Shown one piece after another: positions 18,115-28,680 of a DNA stretch of 64,000 bases (positions within the stretch are counted from its first letter, which is position 1; every line of letters begins with the position of its first letter). Under the pieces are notes generated by a model. That model was not told where the DNA came from, did no database searches, and saw only the letters and a program-made list of their open reading frames with translations. A program made the translations under genes and the position numbers. The DNA is from an uncultured Planctomycetales bacterium (GTDB taxonomy: Bacteria; Omnitrophota; Gorgyraeia; Zapsychrales; JANLHA01): contig CAZAXH010000008.1 of assembly GCA_964489065.1 (NCBI GenBank), positions 64,130-128,129 of the forward strand. Reading direction: 5' to 3'.

Positions 18115-19625
18115 CAAAACAAGGCCTGAGAATTGCTTTTGTGAATGATTCCTGCGAGCATTTGGGGGTTGAATATATCTCCGCCGTGCTGAAATCCGCA
18201 GGGCATGATACCCGTCTATTCGTTGACCCGCTTTTGTTTGATGATGAATTTATCACCGTTAAGGGGCTCAGCCGCCGCTTTGATTACACTAAGAAGATTA
18301 TCCGGGACCTCAGGGCTTATCAGCCGGATCTGGTCAGCCTGTCGGTGGTCTCAAGCTTCTATCCCTGGGCCGGCCGGATGGCCCGGGCTATAAAGGCGGA
18401 GATGGACGTCCCCGTTATCATGGGCGGTATTCATCCGACATCCGTTCCCGAAAGTGTCATCCAGAACGACGCCGTGGATATGGTCTGCCTGGGGGAAGGG
18501 GAATACCCCCTGCTGGAACTTGCCGACAGTATGGCCCGGGGAAGTATCGACGACACCGTAAAAAACATCTGGTTTAAAAAGAACGGGAAGATCCTGCGCA
18601 ACCCTTTGCGGCCGCTTATCGACGATTTAGATGCCCTCCCGTTTCCCGATAAAGACCTTTATTATTCCGTCAGCCCGCATTTTTCAAAAAGTTATTATAT
18701 CGCGACCAGCAGAGGCTGCCCCAACGCCTGCAGTTATTGCTGTAATTCTTACCTGCATTCTTTGTACAAGGGCCTGGGCGCGCCGCGGCGGTCGCGCAGC
18801 GTCCGGAATGTCATTGAAGAATTAATGTGGGCCCAAAACCGTTACCGGATCGATCCGGTTTTCTTCCTGGATGACTGTTTCGGGACCGATTTGGGATGGT
18901 TAAAAAAATTCGCGACGGAGTACCGAGAAAAAGTCGGCGTTAAGTTTTACTGCATGATGTTCCCCGCACCCCAGATGGAAGAGGCGGTTGAATATCTCGC
19001 GCAGGCCGGCTGCGGGGAAATCGAGATCGGCGTCCAGTCCTGGGATGAAGATGTCAGGCGCCGGATATTCAACCGGCGCGTTTCGAACGACACGATGATC
19101 CGGACGATGAAATTGATCAGGAAGGCGGGGATCAATCTCGTGACAGGCGATATCCTCGGTTATCCCGGGCAGAAAGAGGAGCATATTTTAAAAACCGCGG
19201 AGATTTACACAGACATAAAACCCAGCCGGACGTACGCTTTTATCCTGAAATATTTTCCCAAAACGGAGATCACGGAACAGGCGCTGCAGAACGGATGTCT
19301 GAGTCCGGCGGATCACGAAAAAATATTGGACGGCCATTACGGCAAATACTTATCGAAAGACGGCTCCATGACAGAGAGGGATGTCATGCAATATCTGCTT
19401 CTATTTTTGCTGGTGCGTATTTTACCGGTCTCTTGGGCCAAGACAGTAATCCGGAAAAAATTTTATAAGCGTTTCCCGGTTTTGTTCACGCCGGCCGTGA
19501 TTTCAATCCTGAATAATTTTTCGACATCCACCTTTGAATCGCAGGTCAACCGGAAAAGCGCCCTGGCACGGTACACTTTTTTCATTAAACGATTGTTTTC
19601 TAAATCCAAAGCAGGTGCGCGATGA
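18111..19625 (+). CDS. Predicted B12-binding radical SAM protein (MKIAF subfamily, paralog 2)
   Basis: LRIAFVNDSCEHLGVEYISAVLKSAGH, SRGCPNACSYCCNS. ATGA overlap with the upstream gene. Confidence 0.7.
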   Translation: MTKQGLRIAFVNDSCEHLGVEYISAVLKSAGHDTRLFVDPLLFDDEFITVKGLSRRFDYTKKIIRDLRAYQPDLVSLSVVSSFYPWAGRMARAIKAEMDVPVIMGGIHPTSVPESVIQNDAVDMVCLGEGEYPLLELADSMARGSIDDTVKNIWFKKNGKILRNPLRPLIDDLDALPFPDKDLYYSVSPHFSKSYYIATSRGCPNACSYCCNSYLHSLYKGLGAPRRSRSVRNVIEELMWAQNRYRIDPVFFLDDCFGTDLGWLKKFATEYREKVGVKFYCMMFPAPQMEEAVEYLAQAGCGEIEIGVQSWDEDVRRRIFNRRVSNDTMIRTMKLIRKAGINLVTGDILGYPGQKEEHILKTAEIYTDIKPSRTYAFILKYFPKTEITEQALQNGCLSPADHEKILDGHYGKYLSKDGSMTERDVMQYLLLFLLVRILPVSWAKTVIRKKFYKRFPVLFTPAVISILNNFSTSTFESQVNRKSALARYTFFIKRLFSKSKAGAR

Positions 19626-21136
19626 AAATCGCTTTTGTCAACGATTCATCCCAGCAGCTGGGTATACAATATATTTCGGCCGTCCTTAAACAGCACGGCC
19701 ATGACGTGAAGCTGTTCATGGACCCCCAGTTATTCGATGACGATGTGATCCGGGTCCCCCGATTGAGCCGGTGGCTTGATTCCAAGAAAGAGCTTGTCCG
19801 GCGTCTGAAAGCCTATCAGCCCGACTTGGTCGGGATCTCCGTGGTGACGGATTTTTACCAGTGGGCCCGCCGGATCGCCACGATGATCAAGGAAGAAATG
19901 GATGTCCCGATTATCGCCGGCGGAATCCACCCGACATCCGTTCCCGAGAGAGTGCTGAAAAACGATTGTTTTGACATGGTGTGTCTGGGAGAAGGGGAGT
20001 TTGCTTTGTCGGAACTGGCCGACAATATGCAGAAGGGAACGCCTGACTACACGATCCGTAATATCTGGTTCAAACGGGACGGCCAAATCATAAAAAATGA
20101 ACTCCGGCCGCTTATCGATGACCTGGACGACCTGCCCTTTCCGGATACGGACTTGTATTATTCCGCCAGTCCTCATTTTAAAAGGACCGGCCTGTACGTT
20201 ACCATGACTTCTCGCGGCTGTCCGAACGCCTGCACGTACTGCTGTTTTTCTTACCTGCAGGGGCTTTACAAAGGGAAAGGGAAAAGGATCCGGCAGCGCA
20301 GCGTCGGCAATGTCATGAGTGAATTGCGGACCAACAAGGAAAAATACAACATCAAGTTCGTCGCGTTTATGGACAATTGTTTCGGGTATGATTCGAAATG
20401 GTTGCGGGAATTTGCGCCCGTTTATCAGGCGGAGATCGGGATTAAATTCTGGTGCATCATGCATCCCAAGGATGTCACGGAAGAAACCCTGAAGCATTTG
20501 AAGCGGGCCGGGTGCCACACGATTGACATGGGGGTGCAGTCGTGGAACGAGCGCATCCGCAAGGAGGTCCTGCACCGGGATGTCGGGAATGACACGATGG
20601 CCCGCGCGATCCTCCTGGTCAAGAATGCGGGGATCGAAATCATGACCGACAGCATTTTCGACCTTCCCGGGCAAACGGAAGACGACATCCTGGAAAGTGC
20701 CCGCCGTTATGCGGAAATCCGGCCCAAGCGGATATATTTTTACATGCTCCGGCATTACCCCAACACCCTGATTACCCGGATGGCGAAGGAGGATAATCTT
20801 CTGACCTCATCCCGGTATGAAGAAGTGATGGACGGGGTGAACGTCACGTCTTTCACCATCGGAGGCGACAAGGTCAATAAAGACATGATCCGGTTTCAGA
20901 TCCTGTTTTATCTGATCGATTTGATCCCCAAACGGATGAGCTTGTTTATCATCCGCAGGAGACTGCACCGGTATTTCCCTCTCATGTTCGGCCCCGCCAT
21001 GATCGTGATCCTGCGTAATTTGCTGGCCTTTGACATGAACGCCCGGCTTCAGCGCGCCTGGGCCTTTAACCGTTACGCGCATTTTATCTGGGAGAAAATC
21101 CGTCCCGTCCGAAAATGCCGGGGACATCAGCCATGA
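19622..21136 (+). CDS. Predicted B12-binding radical SAM protein (MKIAF subfamily, paralog 3)
   Basis: MKIAFVNDSSQQLGIQYISAVLKQHGH, SRGCPNACTYCCFS. ATGA overlap. Confidence 0.7.
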   Translation: MKIAFVNDSSQQLGIQYISAVLKQHGHDVKLFMDPQLFDDDVIRVPRLSRWLDSKKELVRRLKAYQPDLVGISVVTDFYQWARRIATMIKEEMDVPIIAGGIHPTSVPERVLKNDCFDMVCLGEGEFALSELADNMQKGTPDYTIRNIWFKRDGQIIKNELRPLIDDLDDLPFPDTDLYYSASPHFKRTGLYVTMTSRGCPNACTYCCFSYLQGLYKGKGKRIRQRSVGNVMSELRTNKEKYNIKFVAFMDNCFGYDSKWLREFAPVYQAEIGIKFWCIMHPKDVTEETLKHLKRAGCHTIDMGVQSWNERIRKEVLHRDVGNDTMARAILLVKNAGIEIMTDSIFDLPGQTEDDILESARRYAEIRPKRIYFYMLRHYPNTLITRMAKEDNLLTSSRYEEVMDGVNVTSFTIGGDKVNKDMIRFQILFYLIDLIPKRMSLFIIRRRLHRYFPLMFGPAMIVILRNLLAFDMNARLQRAWAFNRYAHFIWEKIRPVRKCRGHQP

Positions 21137-22653
21137 AGATCGCGTTTGTCAATGATTGCGTCGAGAGGCTGGGGGTTGAATATATTTCGGCGCTCCTGAA
21201 GGGGCAGGGGCATCAGGTGAAACTTTTTGTCGATCCCCAGCTTTTTAATAACGTGTATGTGCAGATCAACCGCCTGAGCCGGTATTTTGATTACACGGAA
21301 AGAATTATTCGCGGTCTCATGGAATATCAGCCGGACCTGATCGGATTCTCCGTGGACACGGAATCCTATCAATGGGCTTCCCGTCTGGCGCGGCGCATTA
21401 AGGAGCGCATGGAAACTCCCATTATTTTCGGCGGGATCCATCCGACATCCGTGCCGGAGCGGGTTATTTTAAATGAAGCCGTGGATATCCTTTGCGTCGG
21501 GGAGGGGGAACACCCCATGCTGGAACTGGTCAACAGCATGGCCCGGGGCGGCGTGGACACGGCAATAAAGAATTTGTGGTTTAAAACGAACGGCAGGATT
21601 ATCACAAATCCCTTAAGGCCTCTTTTGGCCGACCTGGACAGACTCCCGGTCGCCGATCACGGCCTTTTTTATGACACTTACCCCTATTTCCGCAAAGGGT
21701 ACAGCACGATCGCTTCGCGCGGCTGCCCTTACGCCTGCAGCTACTGCGGGCACGCGTATCTGCGGCAATTGTATCAAAACAACGGGGCCTATTTCCGTCA
21801 CCGCAGTGTCGAAAATCTGCTGGATGAATTAGCGCTGCGCCTGACGCAGTATAAAATCGATATCATCACTTTCTTTGACGACAATTTCGGTTTTGAACCG
21901 GAGTGGCTGGAGAAATTTTCCGTCCGGTACGCCAGGGATATCAGAAGACCGTTTACCGTGACCGCCCGCCCGGAAATGATTTCCCGTGATTATGTCCGCC
22001 TCTTGAAACAGGCCGGATGCTGCTCCGTGACCCTGGGCGTTCAAACCTGGGATGATGCCGTTCGAAAAGAGTGGTTTAACCGGGATGTGAACCCGGAGGT
22101 GATGCTGAAGGCCATGCGGCTCGTCAAGGAAGCGGGCCTGGAATTGATCTGTGATAACATATTCGGGGTTCCCGTTGAAAACGATGAGGGGTATATGCGG
22201 GCGTTGCTGCCCTATGCCGATATTAAACCCGACCGGATCCTGTTTAATCAGCTGAAATATTTCCCGCGCGTGCCGATCACGGAAAAGGCCCGTGAAGGAA
22301 ATTTCATATCGGAGCAGCGGTATGACGCCATTATGGACGGCCGGGACCAGAAAGGAATTTTCCTGGGGCCGTCTGCCGCGAGCCGTGGGGACCGTAGACA
22401 GCTGATCCGGAAAAAACTTTTTTTATATTCATTGGATTGGTTGCCAAAAACATGGGCGCGGTTTATTATTAATAAGCGTCTTTACCGTTATTTCCCGACT
22501 TTCATTAACCCGGCGGTTCTTCCGGTTTTGCGGACGTTTTTTTCGTCCGACACGGACACGCGATATTTTAAACGCCGGACTTTATCACGCTACTGGTATC
22601 ATTTGACCCCACGCCTGCGGGGTCGGAGGAGACACGATGAGCCCACAAACTGA
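21133..22653 (+). CDS. Predicted B12-binding radical SAM protein (MKIAF subfamily, paralog 4)
   Basis: MKIAFVNDCVERLGVEYISALLKGQGH, SRGCPYACSYCGHA. Start placed at the ATGA overlap with the upstream stop, matching the pattern of the neighbouring genes. Confidence 0.7.
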   Translation: MKIAFVNDCVERLGVEYISALLKGQGHQVKLFVDPQLFNNVYVQINRLSRYFDYTERIIRGLMEYQPDLIGFSVDTESYQWASRLARRIKERMETPIIFGGIHPTSVPERVILNEAVDILCVGEGEHPMLELVNSMARGGVDTAIKNLWFKTNGRIITNPLRPLLADLDRLPVADHGLFYDTYPYFRKGYSTIASRGCPYACSYCGHAYLRQLYQNNGAYFRHRSVENLLDELALRLTQYKIDIITFFDDNFGFEPEWLEKFSVRYARDIRRPFTVTARPEMISRDYVRLLKQAGCCSVTLGVQTWDDAVRKEWFNRDVNPEVMLKAMRLVKEAGLELICDNIFGVPVENDEGYMRALLPYADIKPDRILFNQLKYFPRVPITEKAREGNFISEQRYDAIMDGRDQKGIFLGPSAASRGDRRQLIRKKLFLYSLDWLPKTWARFIINKRLYRYFPTFINPAVLPVLRTFFSSDTDTRYFKRRTLSRYWYHLTPRLRGRRRHDEPTN

Positions 22654-23980
22654 AACCCTTGTCCGCGAAACCACCAGCCTTTGCCCGGTGTGCCAAAAGC
22701 AGATTAAGGCGGCCGTTGTGGAGTCCGGGGACGGGATTTTTCTTTCCAAAAACTGCGATGTGCACGGGCCGTTTAAACTCAGGGTTTCGCGCCACGCTTG
22801 GTATTATAAAAACCTGACGGAGTATTATTTCCGCGTCATGCCGGCTGATATGCCCCAGAAACGTTTTTATATTTATTTAAGCAACCGCTGCAACCTTGAT
22901 TGCCCGATTTGCCTGCTGGAACCGAACCAGGATAAAGCGGCCGATGTCTCCCTGGACCAGTTTAAAAAGCTGATCCGCGATAACTCCGGTTTCCGTTATT
23001 ACCTTTACGGCGCGGAACCGACCCTGCGCGATGATCTCCCGGAATGGATCGCCCTTCTGAAAAAACACGGCAACCTGGTTAATATTCACACCAACGGCAT
23101 TAAACTTGATGATATCGCCTATCTCCGGTTCTTAAGAGACGCCGGGCTTGATTATGTGAGCCTGCAGTTTGACGGCTTCGACGATCAGGTCTATCTGGCG
23201 CTCCGGAACCGCACATTGCTGGATTCGAAGCTGAAAGCCCTGGAGAATCTTGAAAAGCTGGATATTCCGACGGGGCTCAATGTCACTATCGCCAAGGGCC
23301 TGAATGAGAAGGAAATAAACCCTATTATAGACTACGCTGTCGGTAAACCCTTTATCCGGGACGTGAGTTTCGCTTCGGTGTCTTTCCTGGGGAACGCGGA
23401 AAGGAATTTTTCTTCCGCGGACCTGCTGATGCCGGATGACGTGGTGGACCTGGTTGAAAACGCCACAAAAGGCAAAGTGAACCGCCGCAGTCTCTTCTTA
23501 TTTCAGAAATTGTATTATGCCGTGTTGTCTATTTTTAACATCCGCCGGTGCTATAATTTTCATCAGCTCGCTTTGGTCCGGGACGGACGGGGGGGATACC
23601 GATCCTTTGACGCGATCTATGACCTGGCGGGGTTTGAAAAAAAGATGGACCGGTTCAGCCATCTGGCGCCCCGGAATAAAACCCTGGCGGCGGGATATTT
23701 CTTCCTGCAGTTTATCATGAACATGCTGTCGGGCGACGTGAAGGAAAAGGTCCAGATCCTGCCGCTCAACATGCTCCTGCCGGGGCAGAAACGGAACGTG
23801 AAAATCCCGTCCAAGATCCTGCTCGTCAGCTTCGGGACGGTCTGCGATAAATATAAATACGATGCGGGGATTTCCCGGTACTGCGGGCAGGGGTTTGTTT
23901 TCAACCGGGATGGAAGCCTGGCGCTATCGGATTCCGTTTCGGACATGACGCTTTTAAAAAAGGGTGAGGCCTGCGGTTGA
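22637..23980 (+). CDS. Zinc-ribbon-radical SAM family protein (fourth gene, fifth module)
   Basis: SLCPVCQKQIK...KNCDVHG, LSNRCNLDCPIC, LYGAEPT, TVCDKYKYD, YCGQGF. RBS GGAGGA upstream. Confidence 0.65.
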   Translation: MSPQTETLVRETTSLCPVCQKQIKAAVVESGDGIFLSKNCDVHGPFKLRVSRHAWYYKNLTEYYFRVMPADMPQKRFYIYLSNRCNLDCPICLLEPNQDKAADVSLDQFKKLIRDNSGFRYYLYGAEPTLRDDLPEWIALLKKHGNLVNIHTNGIKLDDIAYLRFLRDAGLDYVSLQFDGFDDQVYLALRNRTLLDSKLKALENLEKLDIPTGLNVTIAKGLNEKEINPIIDYAVGKPFIRDVSFASVSFLGNAERNFSSADLLMPDDVVDLVENATKGKVNRRSLFLFQKLYYAVLSIFNIRRCYNFHQLALVRDGRGGYRSFDAIYDLAGFEKKMDRFSHLAPRNKTLAAGYFFLQFIMNMLSGDVKEKVQILPLNMLLPGQKRNVKIPSKILLVSFGTVCDKYKYDAGISRYCGQGFVFNRDGSLALSDSVSDMTLLKKGEACG

Positions 23981-24013
23981 ACCAGGGGGATGAAGGTCGG
24001 CAAGGATAAGGTT

Positions 24014-25540
24014 ATGAAAATCGCGTTTATCAATGAAGCGGATCAGCATATAGGCCTTCAGTACCTCACGGCGGTGCTGAAGGAGAACGGGCATGAGGTG
24101 AGGACATTTTCCGATCCGCGTTTATTCGATGACCTCTACATCACGATCCGGAGGCTCAACCGGATTTTTGATTTCCAGGACGACATCCTTAAGGACATCG
24201 CCGAATTTAATCCGGGATTGATCGGGTTTTCAGTATCCAGCCCGATCTATCGATGGGCCTGCGCTTTGGCCGCCAAGATAAAAGAACGCAGGGATATCCC
24301 CATTATTTTCGGCGGAGTTCACGCCACGGCCGTGCCGGAACGCGTGATTCGGAAAAGTTTCATAGATATGGTTTGTGTCGGGGAAGGGGAGTTCCCTATG
24401 CTGGAACTGGCCAACAGCATGGACCGCGGGCAGCCGGATTATTCCATTAAAAATATATGGTTTAAAACCCCACAGGGAGAAATTATCCGGAACGATATCC
24501 GTCCCCTACTTGATGACCTGGACGTTCTGCCTTTCCCGGATCAGGACCTGTTTTATTCCAGCAGTTCCTGTGACACCCGAAGCTACGTAACCATGATCTC
24601 CCGGGGCTGCCCGCACGGCTGCAGTTACTGCACCATGTCTTATCTGCACGATCTTTACCACGGGAAAGGGAAACGGATCCGGCTGCGCAGCGTCCGAAGC
24701 ATTATCGCCGAAATCACCGGGGTCCTGCAGAAGCACAAAGATATCAAAAGGGTCATGTTCCCGGACAACTGCTTCGGGACGGATATCGCCTGGCTGCGGG
24801 AATTCTCCCGTGAGTATTCGCAGAAAGTCGCCAGAGATTTTTTTTGCGTGATGCATCCCGCATCCGTCACTGAAGAATCCGTCGCGTGTCTCAAGGAGGC
24901 GGGATGCCGGTCCATCTCCCTGGGAATTCAGGCCTGGGACGCCCCGCTGCGTTACACCATGCTTAACCGCAAAGTTTCCAATGAGGTCATGGAAAACGCC
25001 CTGCGGCTTATCCTGGAGGCCAGGATTGAGCTCTTAATCGATAACCTGTTTGATTTTCCGGGGTACAGCATGGAGCATTATATTGAATCCCTGGAAGTTT
25101 ACACGCGGTATAAGCCGACGCGGAATTATTTTTATAAGCTGCATTTTTATCCGCACACCCAAATGAGCCAGATTGCCGTTCAGAATCGCTGGATCACGGC
25201 CGCGGAATACGAAGATTGCTTGGAAGGAGGGGACACCCTGGGGATTCTGCGTTATGATGCGTCACACGACGGCAATCGGACCCGGCAGCAGGACCGTGAA
25301 TCGAGACAGGGGCAAATTTTGTTTGTTTTGATGGACCTGATCCCCGCCCGCTGGACCCGGGCCATCATTCAAAAGAAATGGTACCGGTATTTTCCGTCTT
25401 TTCTGAACCCGGCTTTACTAACGATGCTCCGGACCCTGCTGGCCAACGATTTTGAATCACGTTACTTTAAGGACATAACATTCTGGCGGTATCGCCATTT
25501 TATGATGAAAAAATTGAAAGCATATTTTAAAAGAAAATGA
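24014..25540 (+). CDS. Predicted B12-binding radical SAM protein (MKIAF subfamily, paralog 5)
   Basis: MKIAFINEADQHIGLQYLTAVLKENGH, SRGCPHGCSYCTMS. An alternative upstream ATG at 23990 is too close to its AGGGGG. Confidence 0.65.
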   Translation: MKIAFINEADQHIGLQYLTAVLKENGHEVRTFSDPRLFDDLYITIRRLNRIFDFQDDILKDIAEFNPGLIGFSVSSPIYRWACALAAKIKERRDIPIIFGGVHATAVPERVIRKSFIDMVCVGEGEFPMLELANSMDRGQPDYSIKNIWFKTPQGEIIRNDIRPLLDDLDVLPFPDQDLFYSSSSCDTRSYVTMISRGCPHGCSYCTMSYLHDLYHGKGKRIRLRSVRSIIAEITGVLQKHKDIKRVMFPDNCFGTDIAWLREFSREYSQKVARDFFCVMHPASVTEESVACLKEAGCRSISLGIQAWDAPLRYTMLNRKVSNEVMENALRLILEARIELLIDNLFDFPGYSMEHYIESLEVYTRYKPTRNYFYKLHFYPHTQMSQIAVQNRWITAAEYEDCLEGGDTLGILRYDASHDGNRTRQQDRESRQGQILFVLMDLIPARWTRAIIQKKWYRYFPSFLNPALLTMLRTLLANDFESRYFKDITFWRYRHFMMKKLKAYFKRK

Positions 25541-27012
25541 AAATCGCTTTTGTAAATGATTCCTGTGAACGTCTGGGTGTCGGTTATATCGCGTCCTTGT
25601 TGCGGTCGCGCGGGCATGACGTGCGGCTTTTTGTCGACCCGCAGTATTTTAATGATGAAAATATCAGTATCCGCTGGCTTCACGCCCGGTTTGATTATAA
25701 AAAGACAATCGTTCCGGCGCTAAAGGCTTTTACGCCCGACCTGATCGGCTTTTCCGTGGTTTCGGATTTTTATCCATGGGCTTGCCAGATGGCCGAACTG
25801 ATCAAGAAAGAACTGCCGGTTCCGATTATTTTCGGCGGGATCCACCCCACGTCCGTTCCGGACCGGGTCATTAAGAATGATTGCGTTGATATGGTCTGCG
25901 TGGGGGAAGGGGAATACCCTATGCTGGAGCTTGTGCAGAGCATGAGTTCCGGGAGGCCGGATTATTCCATAAAGAACATCTGGTTTAAAAAGAACGGGGA
26001 GATCATCAGGAACGAACAGCGTGATTTAATCGCCGACCTCAATGTCCTGCCGTTCCCGGCCAAAGACCTGTTTTATTCCGTGAGCCCGCATTTGGCTCAA
26101 TGTTATTACATTATGGCCAGCCGGGGCTGCATGTATTCCTGCAGCTACTGCTGTCATTCTATTTTAAGACAGCGCTGTAAGGGCAAAGGGGCCTACTTCC
26201 GGCAACGGCGGGTCGGGCATGTCATGGATGAACTCAAAGCCGCCAAAGAGCGGTATAAAATACGGTATGTGCGCTTTTTTGATGATAGCCTGGGTTCCAA
26301 CATGACCTGGCTTAAAGAGTTTTCTGAAAAGTATCCCCGGGAAGTCGGTCTGCCTTTTATATGCTACATGTATCCCAGTCACGTGTCCGCGGAGACGGCC
26401 CGCCTGCTGAAAACCGCGGGCTGCTGCGAGGTGGAAATCGGCGTTCAGAGTCTCAATGAAGATTTGAGCCGCAGCGTTTTGAACCGGAACATGTCCGTGG
26501 AGACGATCGCCAACGCCATCGACCTGTTAAAAAAGGAAAAGATCCGGCTTGTCGCGGACAATATCGTGGGCCTTCCCGGACAGGAAGAAGCGGATATCGT
26601 CCGCATGGCCGAATTTTACAACCAGCGCCGGGTCAACCGGATATATTTTTTCTGGCTGCGTTATTACCCCGGGACACAGATCACGGAATACGCGAAAAAA
26701 CACGGATTTTTAAGCGCCGAAGAATACGAGCTTATCATGGAAGGCGCGCCGAGCCGGCCCTTTTCAAGGGGGGGGAACACCATGAACGCGGAATGGATGG
26801 GGCTGCAGTTTTTATGTTTGCTTATTCCGCTTTTGCCGCCCCGTGTTATAAACTGGATTATAAGAAAACGGATATACCATTATTTCAGCAAGATTAAATC
26901 ACCGGGCATTTTCGCCGCCTTAACCAGCTTATTTTCAACCGCCTATAATGATAAACTTCTTATCAGGCGGGAATTCGCCCGTTACAGCCGCCTTTTTAAA
27001 GGCGCGCATTAA
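25537..27012 (+). CDS. Predicted B12-binding radical SAM protein (MKIAF subfamily, paralog 6)
   Basis: MKIAFVNDSCERLGVGYIASLLRSRGH, SRGCMYSCSYCCHS. ATGA overlap. Contains a G8 tract at 26768-26775. Confidence 0.7.
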   Translation: MKIAFVNDSCERLGVGYIASLLRSRGHDVRLFVDPQYFNDENISIRWLHARFDYKKTIVPALKAFTPDLIGFSVVSDFYPWACQMAELIKKELPVPIIFGGIHPTSVPDRVIKNDCVDMVCVGEGEYPMLELVQSMSSGRPDYSIKNIWFKKNGEIIRNEQRDLIADLNVLPFPAKDLFYSVSPHLAQCYYIMASRGCMYSCSYCCHSILRQRCKGKGAYFRQRRVGHVMDELKAAKERYKIRYVRFFDDSLGSNMTWLKEFSEKYPREVGLPFICYMYPSHVSAETARLLKTAGCCEVEIGVQSLNEDLSRSVLNRNMSVETIANAIDLLKKEKIRLVADNIVGLPGQEEADIVRMAEFYNQRRVNRIYFFWLRYYPGTQITEYAKKHGFLSAEEYELIMEGAPSRPFSRGGNTMNAEWMGLQFLCLLIPLLPPRVINWIIRKRIYHYFSKIKSPGIFAALTSLFSTAYNDKLLIRREFARYSRLFKGAH

Positions 27013-27029
27013 CCGCGGAAAGGATTAAC

Positions 27030-28640
27030 ATGCGAGTCGCGTTTATCAGCAATGCTTATGAGAGCATGGGATTCGAATATCTTTCTGCCGTTTTAAAAAA
27101 GGCCGGCCATGAAGTCAGATTATTCATGGACCCGGAACTTTTTAACGATTCCGACACGACGATTTCTCCATTGGGTAAATTTTTCGATTTCAAACCGCAG
27201 CTGCTCGCGGACCTGAAGCCCTTTAAACCTGATTTAGTCGCGTTTTCCGTCATCACGGATTCTTTCCTCTGGGCCGCCGACCTCGCCCGCCGGATTAAAA
27301 GCGAAATGAACGTGCCTATCATTTTCGGTGGCATTCACGCCACATCCAGCCCGGACAGCGTTATCGCCAACGATTGTATCGATATGGTTTGCCTGGGGGA
27401 GGGGGAATACGCCATGCTTGACCTGGTGGCAAGTATGGCCCTAGGGGAAACCGACTTGTCTATCAGGAACATCTGGTTTAAAGCGGATGGGAAAATCATC
27501 AAAAATGATATGCGCCCTTTAATTGAAGATTTGGACACGCTGCCTTTGGCTGATAAAAATCTTTATTATTCGGTCAGCCCTCATTTTCGCTTCTGCTATT
27601 ATACGCTGACCAACCGGGGCTGTCCGCACGCCTGCTCTTATTGTATCCATTCTTATTTAAGAAAATTGTACCGGGGGAAAGGGGCGTACTGCCGCCAGCG
27701 CAGCGTCGATAATGTCATTCAGGAGCTGGTGGACGCCAAGAAAACTTATAATATCTCCCTGGTTCGGTTCATGGATGACTGTTTCCCTTCTGAAATCGGC
27801 TGGCTGAACGAATTCAGGGAAAAATACGCCAGAGAAGTCGGCCTGCCTTTCCTGTGTTACCTTTATCCCTGTCAAGTCACCCCCGGGGTGCTGGAAGCCC
27901 TTGAGGCCAGCGGCTGTGTGGAGATTAATCTAGGGATTCAGTCCTGGGATGAAAATGTCCGAAAAAAAGTCTTGCACAGGATGGAAGACAATGAGACCCT
28001 GGAGAATTTGCTGGATATCTGTTGCCGGTTTAAATTCAGTTATGTCCTGGATATTATCAGCGGAATCCCAGGGGAAAATATTGATTCCCTGTTCGAATTC
28101 CTGCAAATGTGCCGGGCCAAAAAGTTTAAAAGCGTTAATTTTTACTGGTTAAAGTATTATCCGGCAGTCACCATCACACAGGAGGCGTATAAAAACGGCG
28201 TGATTACCCTCGAACAGGTTTCAAAAACAGCCGCGGGGAAGCTGGGCCGAAATTTCGCGGTGGGAGGGGATACCGAAAACGCCGATAGCCGGAAGCTCTA
28301 TCTTTTCTTCCTCCTCTGCCGGTGCCTCCCCGGAAGAACCGCCCGGTGGCTTTACCAAAAAAAGGCGTACCGTTTTATGCCGGGTTTTGTCCCTTTGCGG
28401 ATTTTATATTTTTTTTGGAATTTCCCGGCCAACAATTATGAACTCAAATACATTCATAAAATGCAAACGTTTTATTACCGGCATTTTATCCTGGCCAGGC
28501 TTAAACAGCATCTCGGGCAGGCCTGGCGTTCCCTGAAGAAATGCGCGCGGCGTTTATGGCCGAGCCAAGGACCTGTCCGGATTTCGCAAGGCGAAGTCCG
28601 GGTGGCCGGTGAGAAGTCAAAACCGACATTTAAGTCATGA
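27030..28640 (+). CDS. Predicted B12-binding radical SAM protein (MKIAF subfamily, paralog 7)
   Basis: MRVAFISNAYESMGFEYLSAVLKKAGH, NRGCPHACSYCIHS. RBS AAAGGA upstream. Confidence 0.7.
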   Translation: MRVAFISNAYESMGFEYLSAVLKKAGHEVRLFMDPELFNDSDTTISPLGKFFDFKPQLLADLKPFKPDLVAFSVITDSFLWAADLARRIKSEMNVPIIFGGIHATSSPDSVIANDCIDMVCLGEGEYAMLDLVASMALGETDLSIRNIWFKADGKIIKNDMRPLIEDLDTLPLADKNLYYSVSPHFRFCYYTLTNRGCPHACSYCIHSYLRKLYRGKGAYCRQRSVDNVIQELVDAKKTYNISLVRFMDDCFPSEIGWLNEFREKYAREVGLPFLCYLYPCQVTPGVLEALEASGCVEINLGIQSWDENVRKKVLHRMEDNETLENLLDICCRFKFSYVLDIISGIPGENIDSLFEFLQMCRAKKFKSVNFYWLKYYPAVTITQEAYKNGVITLEQVSKTAAGKLGRNFAVGGDTENADSRKLYLFFLLCRCLPGRTARWLYQKKAYRFMPGFVPLRILYFFWNFPANNYELKYIHKMQTFYYRHFILARLKQHLGQAWRSLKKCARRLWPSQGPVRISQGEVRVAGEKSKPTFKS

Positions 28641-28680
28641 ACTCTGTTTTGTGCCTTTGTTAAGAGAGGAAAAAGGTTTT

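Noticed and set aside
19730-20755. Long antisense ORFs (341 aa here; also 10159-10857, 13589-14230, 15243-15743, 55949-56518, and 7217-7723 in an alternative frame) overlapping confidently called genes
   Set aside because: They lie opposite or out of frame to ORFs with strong family motifs in GC-rich, codon-biased sequence, and they have no motifs or RBS. They are typical shadow ORFs.
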